Source: a virus
Length of the DNA: 64,000 nucleotides
Reading direction: 5' to 3' (one strand)
IMG/VR virus record: IMGVR_UViG_3300027848_000009
Coordinates: 32,001-96,000 of that record
Made by a program: the position numbers and the translations under genes
Shown: piece by piece, positions 9,000-17,967 of the stretch
Layout: every line of letters begins with the position of its first letter
How positions within the stretch are numbered: position 1 is the stretch's first letter
Notes under the pieces: generated by a model
Databases searched by the model: none
What the model was told of the DNA's origin: nothing
What the model saw: only the letters and a program-made list of their open reading frames with translations

Positions 9000-9211
9000 T
9001 GAGCGGCACGGACGCCCGCCGCCAATGCCCTTGTGGTCGTTGCCAGACGACAACCGGCCGTCGAGCGGACATTGTTGCAGGTGCCGCAGCCGTCGCCCTC
9101 GGCTTCGTACTGTTCGCCGTCGCTGACGGTGGCTGGGTCGCCCTCACCGGCTGGGTCTGCATGATCGCCGCTGGTGGCTTCGGTGTCCGCTACGTGGGAG
9201 ACGGATCGTGA
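8999..9211 (+). CDS. Small membrane protein
   Basis: TGATG overlap; CPCGRC followed by two hydrophobic stretches. Confidence 0.5.
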   Translation: MSGTDARRQCPCGRCQTTTGRRADIVAGAAAVALGFVLFAVADGGWVALTGWVCMIAAGGFGVRYVGDGS

Positions 9212-9463
9212 ACCGTGAAGTCGTGACCATCGACCAGATGGTCAACGGCGACCTGATCGCACTCGCAGGATGGCCCTCAAACCTGTCGGACACGTTTATT
9301 GAGGAGACAGAATGATCCAGCAGTACGTGACCACGAAATGCGATCACAGAGAACGCGCGGCTTGCACCTGCTGGTCGTGTGGCCCAGCCGACGATCCCGT
9401 ATGGGTATGCCGGTGCGGGATGGAGTTCAATAAGAGGGCGCGAAAGCTGCGGAAGAGGACAGC

Positions 9464-9988
9464 ATGATCCCGCAATTGATCTTCCCGGCAGACGTGGCTA
9501 GCAAGATGTTCCCGGCGGACAGCAAATGGCTGCTACCCAACGAGCCGCCGTCGATCACGTGGCTGGCAGGCCAGGTGGTCTGCGAGGCGTGCGACGGCTG
9601 TGGCGACATCAGTTACCCAGAATGGGAAGGCAGGCGCCAGCCGTGTAGCGACTGCGACACGCTCGGCTATCCGCCCATCGTTGAGATCGTCAGCCAACAT
9701 TTTGGTCATCGTCGGGCTGTCCCTGAATTGGGGATTCAGCAGAACGTTGTCATCACCGTGCACGGTCGGCTTGCACTCGGGGCACCTGTACCGGTCCACG
9801 GTGAGGACGATCAATCGTGGGATTGGGTGCCGTCGATCGAGATAGGGGACGAGGGCGCATGGTACTACTACGACCAGGCGTACTGCGATGACCCGAGCAT
9901 CGAGACAAAGCCATCTGACATCTCGGACACCGTGGCTGGCACGCTCGTGCCTGGCGGTGTCGCCTATCCGGTGACGGTGGCGACATGA
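9464..9988 (+). CDS. Hypothetical protein with DnaJ-like CxxCxGxG zinc motif
   Basis: CEACDGCG..CSDCDTLG; GAGGA RBS. Confidence 0.55.
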   Translation: MIPQLIFPADVASKMFPADSKWLLPNEPPSITWLAGQVVCEACDGCGDISYPEWEGRRQPCSDCDTLGYPPIVEIVSQHFGHRRAVPELGIQQNVVITVHGRLALGAPVPVHGEDDQSWDWVPSIEIGDEGAWYYYDQAYCDDPSIETKPSDISDTVAGTLVPGGVAYPVTVAT

Positions 9989-10221
9989 GCAACGACCGTG
10001 TTTACTTGACTACCAGCCACTACCGCCACCACTCCACAAAGACGCTTGCCGACACTCTGGCGGAAGCCAGCCGGACCGACTGGACGCCGTTCGATGTCTA
10101 CGAAATCGACCTAACCCGACCTGATCGGCCGTCGATCCGTCTTGTCGCTTCACGCAGCAAAGGTGATCCGCCCCCGGTGACGGTGGAGACGCCGCGAGAT
10201 GCGCACACTGTCACCAGTTGA
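9985..10221 (+). CDS. Hypothetical protein
   Basis: ATGA overlap. Confidence 0.45.
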   Translation: MSNDRVYLTTSHYRHHSTKTLADTLAEASRTDWTPFDVYEIDLTRPDRPSIRLVASRSKGDPPPVTVETPRDAHTVTS

Positions 10222-10259
10222 TCTATCACACCCCATCACGCACCAGAAAGGCCAGCACC

Positions 10260-10472
10260 ATGACCACCAACCGAGCAGACACGAAGAACCACTGCGTGCA
10301 TTGCGAACGCCAGATCACCCTCGATACGAGGTGGCCCCGCCCGAAAGGATCATTGGGCATCTGGTATCACGACGACCTTTTGGACTACGACTCCTCAGGC
10401 TATTCGTGCGGCCTCGACGACGGCGAAGACAACGAAGCCGAGCCTTACTCAACCCAGACGATTCCTCGATGA
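10260..10472 (+). CDS. Small zinc-binding hypothetical protein
   Basis: CVHCERQI..WYH..C; GAAAGG upstream of ATG 10260. Confidence 0.5.
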   Translation: MTTNRADTKNHCVHCERQITLDTRWPRPKGSLGIWYHDDLLDYDSSGYSCGLDDGEDNEAEPYSTQTIPR

Positions 10473-10630
10473 GTGCCTTCCGCATGGAGCGCGACATGAG
10501 CGACCCGATCCTCATCGGCGGCGACTGGCTCGAAGACCCTGGCAGTCGTTACGTGCCGGTGGACTACCAGTCGGTGTTGGCGACTGTGACGGCTGGTATG
10601 GGGACACGTCAAGTCGATTACGAAGAAGCG

Positions 10631-10659
10631 TTGCTTTCCCACACAGAGTCAGGTAACCT
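10631..10659 (+). promoter_or_regulatory. Promoter for the leaderless macrodomain gene
   Basis: TTGCTT-17 bp-TAACCT, ATG 7 nt downstream. Confidence 0.55.
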
Positions 10660-10665
10660 GTTGAC

Positions 10666-11112
10666 ATGATCGAATATCATGAATCCACCGACCTGTTCGA
10701 GATCGACGTAGAAGCAATCTGTCACGGGGTGAACACCCGTGGAATTGCTGGCGGTTTAGCCGCATCCGTGTTCAGCCGGTTCCCCGAGAACTATGAGGCG
10801 TACCAGAGAGAGTGCTCCCAAGGGAGGCTCACCCCCGGCATGATGATGAGCCACTACGAGAAAGACCAGTACGTCTACAACCTTGTGACCCAGAAAGAAC
10901 CCGGGCCTGACGCAAAGATCAACCTGATCGAATATGCGTTCACCGCAATGAGAAGCCATGCCATGGAGAACGATGTGAAATCCATCGGATGCCCTCAGGT
11001 AGGGGCCGGTATCGGAGGTCTTCAATGGAAATATGTGGATCAGGCCATCAAGAAGGTGTGGAGTACGGCACAGGGTGTCACCCTCCACATTGTCACCCGT
11101 GATAAGTTCTGA
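10666..11112 (+). CDS. Macrodomain protein (Poa1p/TARG1/DarG-like)
   Basis: DLF..AICHGVNTRG..GGLA..YNLVTQ..IGCPQVGAGIGGLQW. Confidence 0.85.
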   Translation: MIEYHESTDLFEIDVEAICHGVNTRGIAGGLAASVFSRFPENYEAYQRECSQGRLTPGMMMSHYEKDQYVYNLVTQKEPGPDAKINLIEYAFTAMRSHAMENDVKSIGCPQVGAGIGGLQWKYVDQAIKKVWSTAQGVTLHIVTRDKF

Positions 11113-11115
11113 ACC

Positions 11116-11313
11116 ATGAACGAAAAAGAACTCATCGCTCTACTGAATGGCATGTCCGATGAAGCGTCGAGACTGATGCCGACGATTGAAGGACTCGCAG
11201 AGTATGCGCTGGACAACGAAACGCCGGGGCTCGACGCCATGATCGCTGATGTCATGACCTACATGGCGTGGGTGAGGCAGTCTGTGGTGGGGTTGGCGAA
11301 TGCTTCCGGTTGA
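11116..11313 (+). CDS. Hypothetical protein
   Basis: Directly follows the macrodomain gene. Confidence 0.45.
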   Translation: MNEKELIALLNGMSDEASRLMPTIEGLAEYALDNETPGLDAMIADVMTYMAWVRQSVVGLANASG

Positions 11314-11450
11314 GAGGTACTCGATCTGCCTTGAGTGTCCTCGGTTCCGCAAGGGTTTGCGTCAATGCAAGGAATGCGGATGTTTCATGCCTGTGAAGGT
11401 CAAGATCAAATCGCAGTCATGTCCGCTCGGCAAGTGGTGACGGTCACCCG

Positions 11451-12206
11451 CTAGGCCGCCCAGCCTGCGTTGTAGCCGTACAAAAAGTCGATCTGAGGGA
11501 CCGCATCCAGTTGTGCTGTCATGCGTGTCGCACAGATCGGTGTTCCATGTTCGTTGTACTGGTCGAGCCGTGTGATCACGTTCCCGTAGGCGCGTCCTTC
11601 GATCTGGTGTGTCAGGTACACCTTCTCGAAAGCGGCACCAGTGAACCAGTGGGTGACCAGCGACTGGGTTGATCCGAAGCGTCCGACTAGGTGGGCGAGG
11701 TTGATGGTGCCGAAGTCGGCGAGGACTGCTGACGCGGCGAGGTCGATGTCGTGGCCCTCCAGCCACATCATTGCCCCTCCACGTCGGAACCATCCTTTCA
11801 GATAGTCCCAGATGTTGTCAGCGCCACCGATCCCCCAGTCCCATTCGCTTTCACGGAACTGTGGGACGGTCACGGTTGGTGTCACGACACCATCAGGTTG
11901 GCTGTCTGTTGATGAGAGGACGTTGGAATGTGCGATGAGCCGGTCACCCTGTGTGAGAGTCACTACAGTGACCCGTGACGAGTCAATTCGGTTCCGTGTA
12001 ACAGTCACGGGTTCGTCAGGGTTCGCCTTGGCGTAGAAGAACGTCGATGTGTTGACTGGTCGTCCATCTTGAGCACCTGAAATTGTGGCCACCGCATGAA
12101 GGACTCCACCGAAGACGAACGGCTTTGCACCTCCTGTCCAGATCGAATGCTTCGACTCGGGATGAAAGTGCTCGTCTTCAGCGGAGTGCGATATGAACGT
12201 GCTCAT
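11451..12206 (-). CDS. Double-hotdog thioesterase-family protein
   Basis: W..VFGGVL, AVLAD, QSLVTHW, G..ICATRM pattern. Confidence 0.6.
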   Translation of the reverse strand: MSTFISHSAEDEHFHPESKHSIWTGGAKPFVFGGVLHAVATISGAQDGRPVNTSTFFYAKANPDEPVTVTRNRIDSSRVTVVTLTQGDRLIAHSNVLSSTDSQPDGVVTPTVTVPQFRESEWDWGIGGADNIWDYLKGWFRRGGAMMWLEGHDIDLAASAVLADFGTINLAHLVGRFGSTQSLVTHWFTGAAFEKVYLTHQIEGRAYGNVITRLDQYNEHGTPICATRMTAQLDAVPQIDFLYGYNAGWAA

Positions 12207-12523
12207 TGATCCCTGTCCATGGCGTGACCGATGGCTTTCAATATGTACTGTTCGACAGCGGTACTGATCGTGTCGGTGGCTAAAGGCCCGTCGATGGTGG
12301 CCACATGGCTCCCATCAGTCGACATAATGTTGATGGTGTCTACCCGTAGGCTCCTGATCGTTTCAGCCGATTCTCTCAGCAGATGCGACGTGACGTCCAC
12401 ATGGAAGGTGTTTGCGTCCATCACGTCAGCGAGCGCCGTCAAAGTGTCCTCGATCGGTTCGTCACCTACCTCCACCTTGACGACGGATCTCTCGGCAGCC
12501 TGACACTCTCTCGGTTGATTCAT
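12203..12523 (-). CDS. Hypothetical protein
   Basis: Stop/start overlaps on both sides. Confidence 0.55.
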   Translation of the reverse strand: MNQPRECQAAERSVVKVEVGDEPIEDTLTALADVMDANTFHVDVTSHLLRESAETIRSLRVDTINIMSTDGSHVATIDGPLATDTISTAVEQYILKAIGHAMDRDQ

Positions 12524-12798
12524 GGAGTGAATGATAGCGCAATCGACTGACCTACGTAGACGTTCGATGATCCGTTGTTGAGGGTGATCGTGTCATGGAC
12601 GGCGTTCTGGATGTTGCCGTTGCAGTGCTTCTCAACGGTTGACCAGATGGTGGGGTCTTGGTGTGTGACTGTTCCGTATTGGGAGTTGCAGGTGTATGAG
12701 TCGAGGGCTTCGATTCGGTTGAAGATGAATAGGATGGTGAGGAAGGAGGCGGTGAATAGGGCGATGTAGGTGAGGGTGTTGTGGATGCGGTGACTCAT
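12520..12798 (-). CDS. Membrane-anchored LysM-like protein
   Basis: N-terminal TM segment then TIWSTVEKHC..ITLNN..VYVGQSIAL; TAACCT box shortly before ATG. Confidence 0.55.
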   Translation of the reverse strand: MSHRIHNTLTYIALFTASFLTILFIFNRIEALDSYTCNSQYGTVTHQDPTIWSTVEKHCNGNIQNAVHDTITLNNGSSNVYVGQSIALSFTP

Positions 12799-12958
12799 GG
12801 TGGTTAGGTTATCGCCTCTTCGACTCTAACCTTCCAACAGGCGCCATGCTGCTACATGTCTCTCTTATGCCACGACAGTCACCACGACGTCCATAGCTAC
12901 CCGTGGGCCTCTTGAGCCATCACACACGCCACCACGCTCGACACAGGCGCACACAGGG

Positions 12959-13093
12959 CCACACCTGACCCCTCCATCGCACATCAACCCCAGCACACAC
13001 CGCAGACCCCACACCCCCACCCCCACACCTGACCCCTCCATCGCACATCAACCCCAGCACACACCGCAGACCCCACACCCCCACCCCCACACC
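12959..13093. repeat. 64-bp C/A-rich tandem duplication
   Basis: ACACCTGACCCCTCCATCGCACATCAACCCCAGCACACACCGCAGACCCCACACCCCCACCCCC starts at 12961 and again at 13025. Confidence 0.9.
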
Positions 13094-13130
13094 CACAGCC
13101 CCGACAAACTTTTTCGATCACACAAACAAC

Positions 13131-13145
13131 CAGCGGGGGCCGCTG
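13131..13145. other. Short inverted repeat at the skew flip point
   Basis: CAGCGG-GGG-CCGCTG; C/A-rich to the left, G/T-rich to the right. Confidence 0.6.
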
Positions 13146-13260
13146 TGTGGGGTTTTTGTTTTGGGGGGGTTGTGTTTAGTTTTATCTGGGTGGTGTTAGT
13201 GGGTGTAGGGGGGTTTGTGTTTTTTTGTGATGTGGTTCCAGATGTGTTTGATCTATTGTT

Positions 13261-13951
13261 TTATTGTCGTGGGGTTGGTTGTGTGTGGTGTGTTTTGGGG
13301 TGGTTGGTTGGGGTTTGTGGGTTTTGGGGGTTGTGGGGGTGTGGGTGTTTTCGTTGTGGGTGGTGGTGGGGGTGGTGTTTTTTTGTTTGGTCTGGTGGGT
13401 GTTGTTTAAATTTGTGGGCGGTTTTTTGGTGTGTGTGGTGGTTGCGGGTGGTGGGGTTGTACCAGTTTGGTTGGTTGTGGTTGTTGTGGGTTGCCCATGA
13501 TTGTGTGATGTCGGGGAGGCGGATGTGGGTGTGTTTGGGTGTTCCCCAGTGGTGGGTGTGGTTGTGGATGATTTGGATGGTTTGGGCGATTGATGCTCCG
13601 GGCCAGCCGATGTTGTTGAGTGTTTGGTTGGTGTGGTTGGCGAGGATGTGGGGCCATGTGTGTTGGTGGTTGAGGGCGTATCCGGCGGTGATTGAGTTTC
13701 TTGCGGTGGGGAGGTCGGGGTTGGTGGTGGAGTTGGTGTCGTGCCAGTTTTGTTGGTTGACGGTGTAGGTGTGGTTGGGGATGGGGGTGTGCCAGTTTTG
13801 GCCTTGTGTTGTTTTTGTTCCGTTTAGATTTGTTTGTATGTGTGGGGGGGGTGAAGTGTTGGTATTGGATGTTTTTGTGGTGTTCTCATGCGGTGTGGTA
13901 GTCGAAGTCGATGATTGTTGGGGTGGTTTGTTTTAGGTATTCGGAGAGCAT
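13261..13951 (-). pseudogene. Eroded SGNH/GDSL-like gene
   Basis: Minus frame reads YTVNQQNWHD..PDLPTARNSITAGYAL..TWPHILA..NNIGWPGASI..WGTPKH..LPD; upstream ATG 13951 (AGGA RBS) is in another frame with an in-frame TGA and a C8 run. Confidence 0.6.
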
Positions 13952-13995
13952 GGTTTGTCCTGTGGGTTTTGCCGTCGTGTTGGTTGGGTTTAGAT

Positions 13996-14181
13996 TTATC
14001 TGTTCTGTTTGGTTGGTGGGGGTCCGTGTTCGAGGGCCTCTTCCAGAAGTTTCCCGTCAATTGAAAATGTATTTTTTTCCTTGTTGTATCTTTCGCTGTG
14101 GGCGGCGAAAACTATCTCTCCGTCTTCAACGATGGAGAGTGCGGCGTCGTGGCTCGAATCGTTGATGCCGTAGATCCTCAT
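13996..14181 (-). pseudogene. Truncated NodU/CmcH-type carbamoyltransferase N-terminus
   Basis: MRIYGINDSSHDAALSIVEDGEIVFAAHSERYNKEKN; stops after 61 aa on entering the low-complexity tract. Confidence 0.75.
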
Positions 14182-14924
14182 CGCGGATCGTCGATATTCC
14201 AGTCGGGCGGAATTTTTTGTGGGTCGACATTTGGGATTTGTTCGGAGGGAATCATGTTTATAATTTCCCTGTAGTTGCTGAATCGTTTCCACCAGTCGTT
14301 GGGTAGATTTGGCAGGAGGTTGTGAATCAGGGTGCGGGCGTGTGGCCAGAATGATGTCATGACGAAACGTTCGCCTGAGGTGACCTCTGTGACTCCATGT
14401 AGGTATTGATGTGAGGCCGGGAACGCGATGAACATTCCGGGTTGTGGCCTGACTTCGATTCCTTGGTGCTCGAAGTAGGTTTGTCCACCTGTGAAGTCGT
14501 TGTTGAAGTAGAGCACGGACGCGATGTCGTATTGGTGGAGGCTGAGCGGGGCGTGTTCGCCCCTGATGGGGCTGAAGATGAGCGTTCCGTCTGAGTGTCC
14601 AACATCTGAGTGTGCTGACTGCTTGTCTCCCTGCACCCATTTACGCATGGCGAAGACGTTTGGTTGGAGAACGGTTTCTCCGAAAAAATCTTCGATGTGT
14701 GTTTTGGCTCGGAGGGAGATTTCCTCAAACAAATCTTGGAGGAAACTCCATTCGTTCTTATCCCTCAGCACGTTGGTGTCTTGTGACCAATGTGAACGCT
14801 CTTGGTAGTCTGCTCCTGCTGGCTGAACCCAAGGACATTCAGTGTTGAAGAAGTGCATGAATGTTCCGCACTCATTCTCTGAGAGGAAATTCGGCGCCAC
14901 GTAAAGTTGGGGGGCGCTACTCAT
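14178..14924 (-). CDS. 2OG-Fe(II) oxygenase, prolyl-hydroxylase-like
   Basis: AHSD, SVLYFNNDFTGG, YLHGVTEVTSGERF. Confidence 0.9.
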   Translation of the reverse strand: MSSAPQLYVAPNFLSENECGTFMHFFNTECPWVQPAGADYQERSHWSQDTNVLRDKNEWSFLQDLFEEISLRAKTHIEDFFGETVLQPNVFAMRKWVQGDKQSAHSDVGHSDGTLIFSPIRGEHAPLSLHQYDIASVLYFNNDFTGGQTYFEHQGIEVRPQPGMFIAFPASHQYLHGVTEVTSGERFVMTSFWPHARTLIHNLLPNLPNDWWKRFSNYREIINMIPSEQIPNVDPQKIPPDWNIDDPR

Positions 14925-14925
14925 G

Positions 14926-15270
14926 TCAGTCGTCTTCTGTTGCGTCGTCTTCTGTTGCGTTTAGGTTGTCATGATAGGAGGCGGCTAGGATTTGCGCCTG
15001 ACGCTCCATCGTGATTGGGTCCAAAATCTTGGGGAGGCTCACTTCAAGATGGCCGATAATTTTGTAGGCGATAACGCTGTTCTCGGTGTCGACGTAGTGG
15101 GGTTGAAGGAGACGAAGGTAGTCCCCGTCCCACATGACCACATAGATGCGTGAATCGTCTCCGTCACCAAACTTGAAGGTACACATTTGCGTGTGCATCG
15201 CATGCCCGGCGGTGCTTAGTTCGGAAATTTGGTCGCTGTCGACGGTTGGGATTTCTGTCTCGTCACTCAT
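14926..15270 (-). CDS. Hypothetical protein
   Basis: In operon; TAGGAT box shortly before ATG. Confidence 0.6.
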   Translation of the reverse strand: MSDETEIPTVDSDQISELSTAGHAMHTQMCTFKFGDGDDSRIYVVMWDGDYLRLLQPHYVDTENSVIAYKIIGHLEVSLPKILDPITMERQAQILAASYHDNLNATEDDATEDD

Positions 15271-15299
15271 ACTTTTATCCTAGATGATGGTTGTGTTGT

Positions 15300-15884
15300 T
15301 CATTGTTGGATAGCATAAAAAATTGAAGCAAGTTGATGGATGTATAGGTTCCAACAGTCGGTCCAGAAAACTGTTCCGTTCGTCGGGTCTTGTTGACCGG
15401 CTTTCCAGAACTTTTTGTGCCTATCGAAAATCTGCCTGTTGGCGACTCCGACGACCCATGCCGTGTTGAACCGTTCGATCTCAGAGGAGTTGTTGGCGCT
15501 CCGTTGGAGAGAAACGAAGGCGTAGTAGTCGGCCATTTGATGTTCGTGGTTGTAGGCCGGAAGCGTTGCCTCGTAGTTGGGTCTAGGGGCGACTGTTCGA
15601 TCTTTTGTTTTGACCTCGATGGTCTTTTTTTCGAGTTCAGCGTTGGTGATTCCGAGGTCGTGCTTCGTGGTGTACATGGGCTCGAATTGTATTTTGTTGT
15701 CCTCAAGTACCCGTTCGGACACGATCTCGCCGAGGCATCCGACGATGTTGGCTTCTTCCTTGCGATGTGATCCTCGAAACACCGGGAGGCTTTCAGCCCT
15801 TTCGGTAGCCTTTCGATACATATCGGGGGTGATATTGACTTTCAGGAAACTGGTGTTTTGTCTGCCGGGCACGTCTCGTATCAA
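15300..15884 (-). CDS. PD-(D/E)xK nuclease-like protein
   Basis: GCLGE..HDL..TIEVKTK. Confidence 0.55.
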   Translation of the reverse strand: MIRDVPGRQNTSFLKVNITPDMYRKATERAESLPVFRGSHRKEEANIVGCLGEIVSERVLEDNKIQFEPMYTTKHDLGITNAELEKKTIEVKTKDRTVAPRPNYEATLPAYNHEHQMADYYAFVSLQRSANNSSEIERFNTAWVVGVANRQIFDRHKKFWKAGQQDPTNGTVFWTDCWNLYIHQLASIFYAIQQ

Positions 15885-15899
15885 CCATACGCAGATCCG

Positions 15900-16592
15900 T
15901 CAACGGTTGTTTTGTTCTGAAGCGAACTGTCCTGTCGTGAGGGCGTAGGGCGGATTGTCGATATGCCATACATTGACCACGATGACCTGCTTGATGCCAG
16001 ACTCGATCGGAGTCGTCTCATGGAGGCGGTGGCCAGCGTCGAATACGACAAGCCGGTCGGGTTTGCACGCGATCCGTTCCCGACGCTCGATCGGAGAGAT
16101 CAAAGATGCGGTGTTTTCCTCTTCGAGTCTCATCGAGCCTTCATCGATGCCGTGTTCGTGAATCTCAAGAAACGACCCTGTTGATTCGCTGAATCCGTAC
16201 CAGACGCAGCCGATCCTCGGACCTTGGAACCATTGAGTGTCCGCGTACAGAAATGTGTCTTCGTCGACGTGCCTAGCAAGAAATTGGCCGTGAACGAAGG
16301 TGCGAACCCAGTATTCGAAGCCTGCCACTTCCTCTTCTGGGAAGGGTAGAAGTCCTGTATCCCGCCATATTTTCTCGATGAGGCGTTGCCGGTTGGTTTG
16401 GGCGGGGGATTCCCACCATCCTGACCAGAAAGCGTATGGCGCGTAGCAGTCAGATTGTTCTGAGTGAAATTCGTTGAGAGTCTTCCCTATGTTTTCTCCG
16501 GGCATTTCCGGAGGGAAGAATGATTGATCTTCTCGTATCGGGTGTTCAAGGTCTGTTCCGGATACGAAATTATCAAAAACGAATAGGGTCAT
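15900..16592 (-). CDS. 2OG-Fe(II) oxygenase
   Basis: GFEYW, HVDEDT, DRLVVFDAGHRLHET, VVNVW. Confidence 0.75.
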   Translation of the reverse strand: MTLFVFDNFVSGTDLEHPIREDQSFFPPEMPGENIGKTLNEFHSEQSDCYAPYAFWSGWWESPAQTNRQRLIEKIWRDTGLLPFPEEEVAGFEYWVRTFVHGQFLARHVDEDTFLYADTQWFQGPRIGCVWYGFSESTGSFLEIHEHGIDEGSMRLEEENTASLISPIERRERIACKPDRLVVFDAGHRLHETTPIESGIKQVIVVNVWHIDNPPYALTTGQFASEQNNR

Positions 16593-16867
16593 TTGTTGAA
16601 GATGGTGACCAGTCGCGCCCGCCAAGATGGCTTCTCAAGGATCGTCACGTAAGTGATTTTTTCCGGCTCGGAAACGGGCGCCGTAACTGTTTCTATGTGT
16701 TGTTTTGGGCGCGGATCGAGGCCAGCGTATGGCCCTACGATCTTCCTAGGTGCAGCTTTTTTTGCGACCGTCTTTTTGACCGTAATCTTCTTAGCGGCAG
16801 ATTTTTTTGCTGCCGGTGTCTTTTTGACCGCTTTCTTGACGGCCTTTTTTTTCTCGCTGTTTGCCAT
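16589..16867 (-). CDS. Lys/Ala-rich histone H1-like protein
   Basis: KKAVKKAVKKTPAAKKSAAKK repeats. Confidence 0.6.
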   Translation of the reverse strand: MANSEKKKAVKKAVKKTPAAKKSAAKKITVKKTVAKKAAPRKIVGPYAGLDPRPKQHIETVTAPVSEPEKITYVTILEKPSWRARLVTIFNK

Positions 16868-16912
16868 TTTGTGTTGCTCCGAATTCTGGTTTATTGAACT
16901 ATTGTACTGGAT

Positions 16913-17542
16913 GTGGATCCGTATTCTGACACATATTCAAAGATCGCGCTGGCACTTACAAGCGCTCAAGTGGCCAAGGAAAGTTTGGTCGCTGAAGAAG
17001 GTGTCGGCAGCGATATTCCCTTCAATTTTTTCGGTTGGAGGGAGTCTGAACTCCTAATGATAGTTCAGTTAGACCCCAGCAAAATGAAAGAGCCAATGGC
17101 CGATCGGTTCGATCTTTGCTGCAGCGCAATGCAGGCCATGAGGCAATATTTCGGATGCACGGAAATAACATTTATTGCAGAAGGTATCCATTCGAGCAAG
17201 CCTGAACTCACCTCGGGGAAAGATCTCGCGCGATTGATGGCTGCCGAGTCTCCGTATGTCCGCGAATGTCTCACCGTGACCCACGTCAAACTGGACGACA
17301 ACTACGTTCCGGAAGCAACATTCGTATCTTGCACTTTCCAGTACCTTGCGGGAGAATTCGTTGTGTGGGACGACGAGAAGGCTTACACCCGTGGTGTTGG
17401 AAAAGTTTTGCGCGAAGTTCCATTCCCGGCTATGATGGCCGCATCCCTACGGATGGGGTTCGAAGATCCTGATGATGAAGAGATAGACAGCATCATGGAG
17501 CACTTCCTTAGTAGGGGATTCAATGTAAATCATTTTGGGTAA
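16913..17542 (+). CDS. Hypothetical protein
   Basis: 209-aa ORF. Confidence 0.65.
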   Translation: MDPYSDTYSKIALALTSAQVAKESLVAEEGVGSDIPFNFFGWRESELLMIVQLDPSKMKEPMADRFDLCCSAMQAMRQYFGCTEITFIAEGIHSSKPELTSGKDLARLMAAESPYVRECLTVTHVKLDDNYVPEATFVSCTFQYLAGEFVVWDDEKAYTRGVGKVLREVPFPAMMAASLRMGFEDPDDEEIDSIMEHFLSRGFNVNHFG

Positions 17543-17565
17543 CCTATAGGTAGTAAGGTGGGGGC

Positions 17566-17877
17566 ATGAATCATCCTTTTTACAATTCGGGGAGCAGGTG
17601 GATCGATGGGCTGGAAGTCTCTTTCTCTCAAGCCACACGCGAGCCATGCATGGTGTGTGGCCATCCGACGGGGGATTGTGCGGGAAGCCTTCCGCCACCA
17701 GAAACAATTGCCGGGTTCAACACCATCGAGTCGCTGGTACCGCAGCAAACATTTCTCTTAGAGGAAAACATTTTCGAAGAACGGCAAATAACACCTTTTA
17801 CTGTTGCTCGCGTTTTGAAGTATCCAAAGGGAAAAATCATCCCGCTTCAAGAAGCAAGAAATCTAGGATTGGCTTAA
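17566..17877 (+). CDS. Hypothetical protein with a CxxCxH..C motif
   Basis: PCMVCGHPTGDC; TAAGGT box shortly before ATG. Confidence 0.6.
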   Translation: MNHPFYNSGSRWIDGLEVSFSQATREPCMVCGHPTGDCAGSLPPPETIAGFNTIESLVPQQTFLLEENIFEERQITPFTVARVLKYPKGKIIPLQEARNLGLA

Positions 17878-17967
17878 CACTTTCCGTATTTTGTTACCTA
17901 GTACAATCAATAAACGGGCGTTACTAACCCGCAAAAAATCATCCAACTAAATTGAAAGAGTCCAATT

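Noticed and set aside
12959-13093. Possible CRISPR-like repeats
   Set aside because: Two adjacent identical units with no spacers; no cas genes
13145-13768. 207-aa Trp/Val/Gly-rich plus-strand ORF resembling a membrane protein
   Set aside because: It arises from G/T low complexity and is the antisense shadow of the eroded minus-strand gene
13996-14640. 214-aa ORF as a full-length gene
   Set aside because: Only the last 61 aa (from ATG 14181) are meaningful; the rest overlaps the oxygenase in another frame
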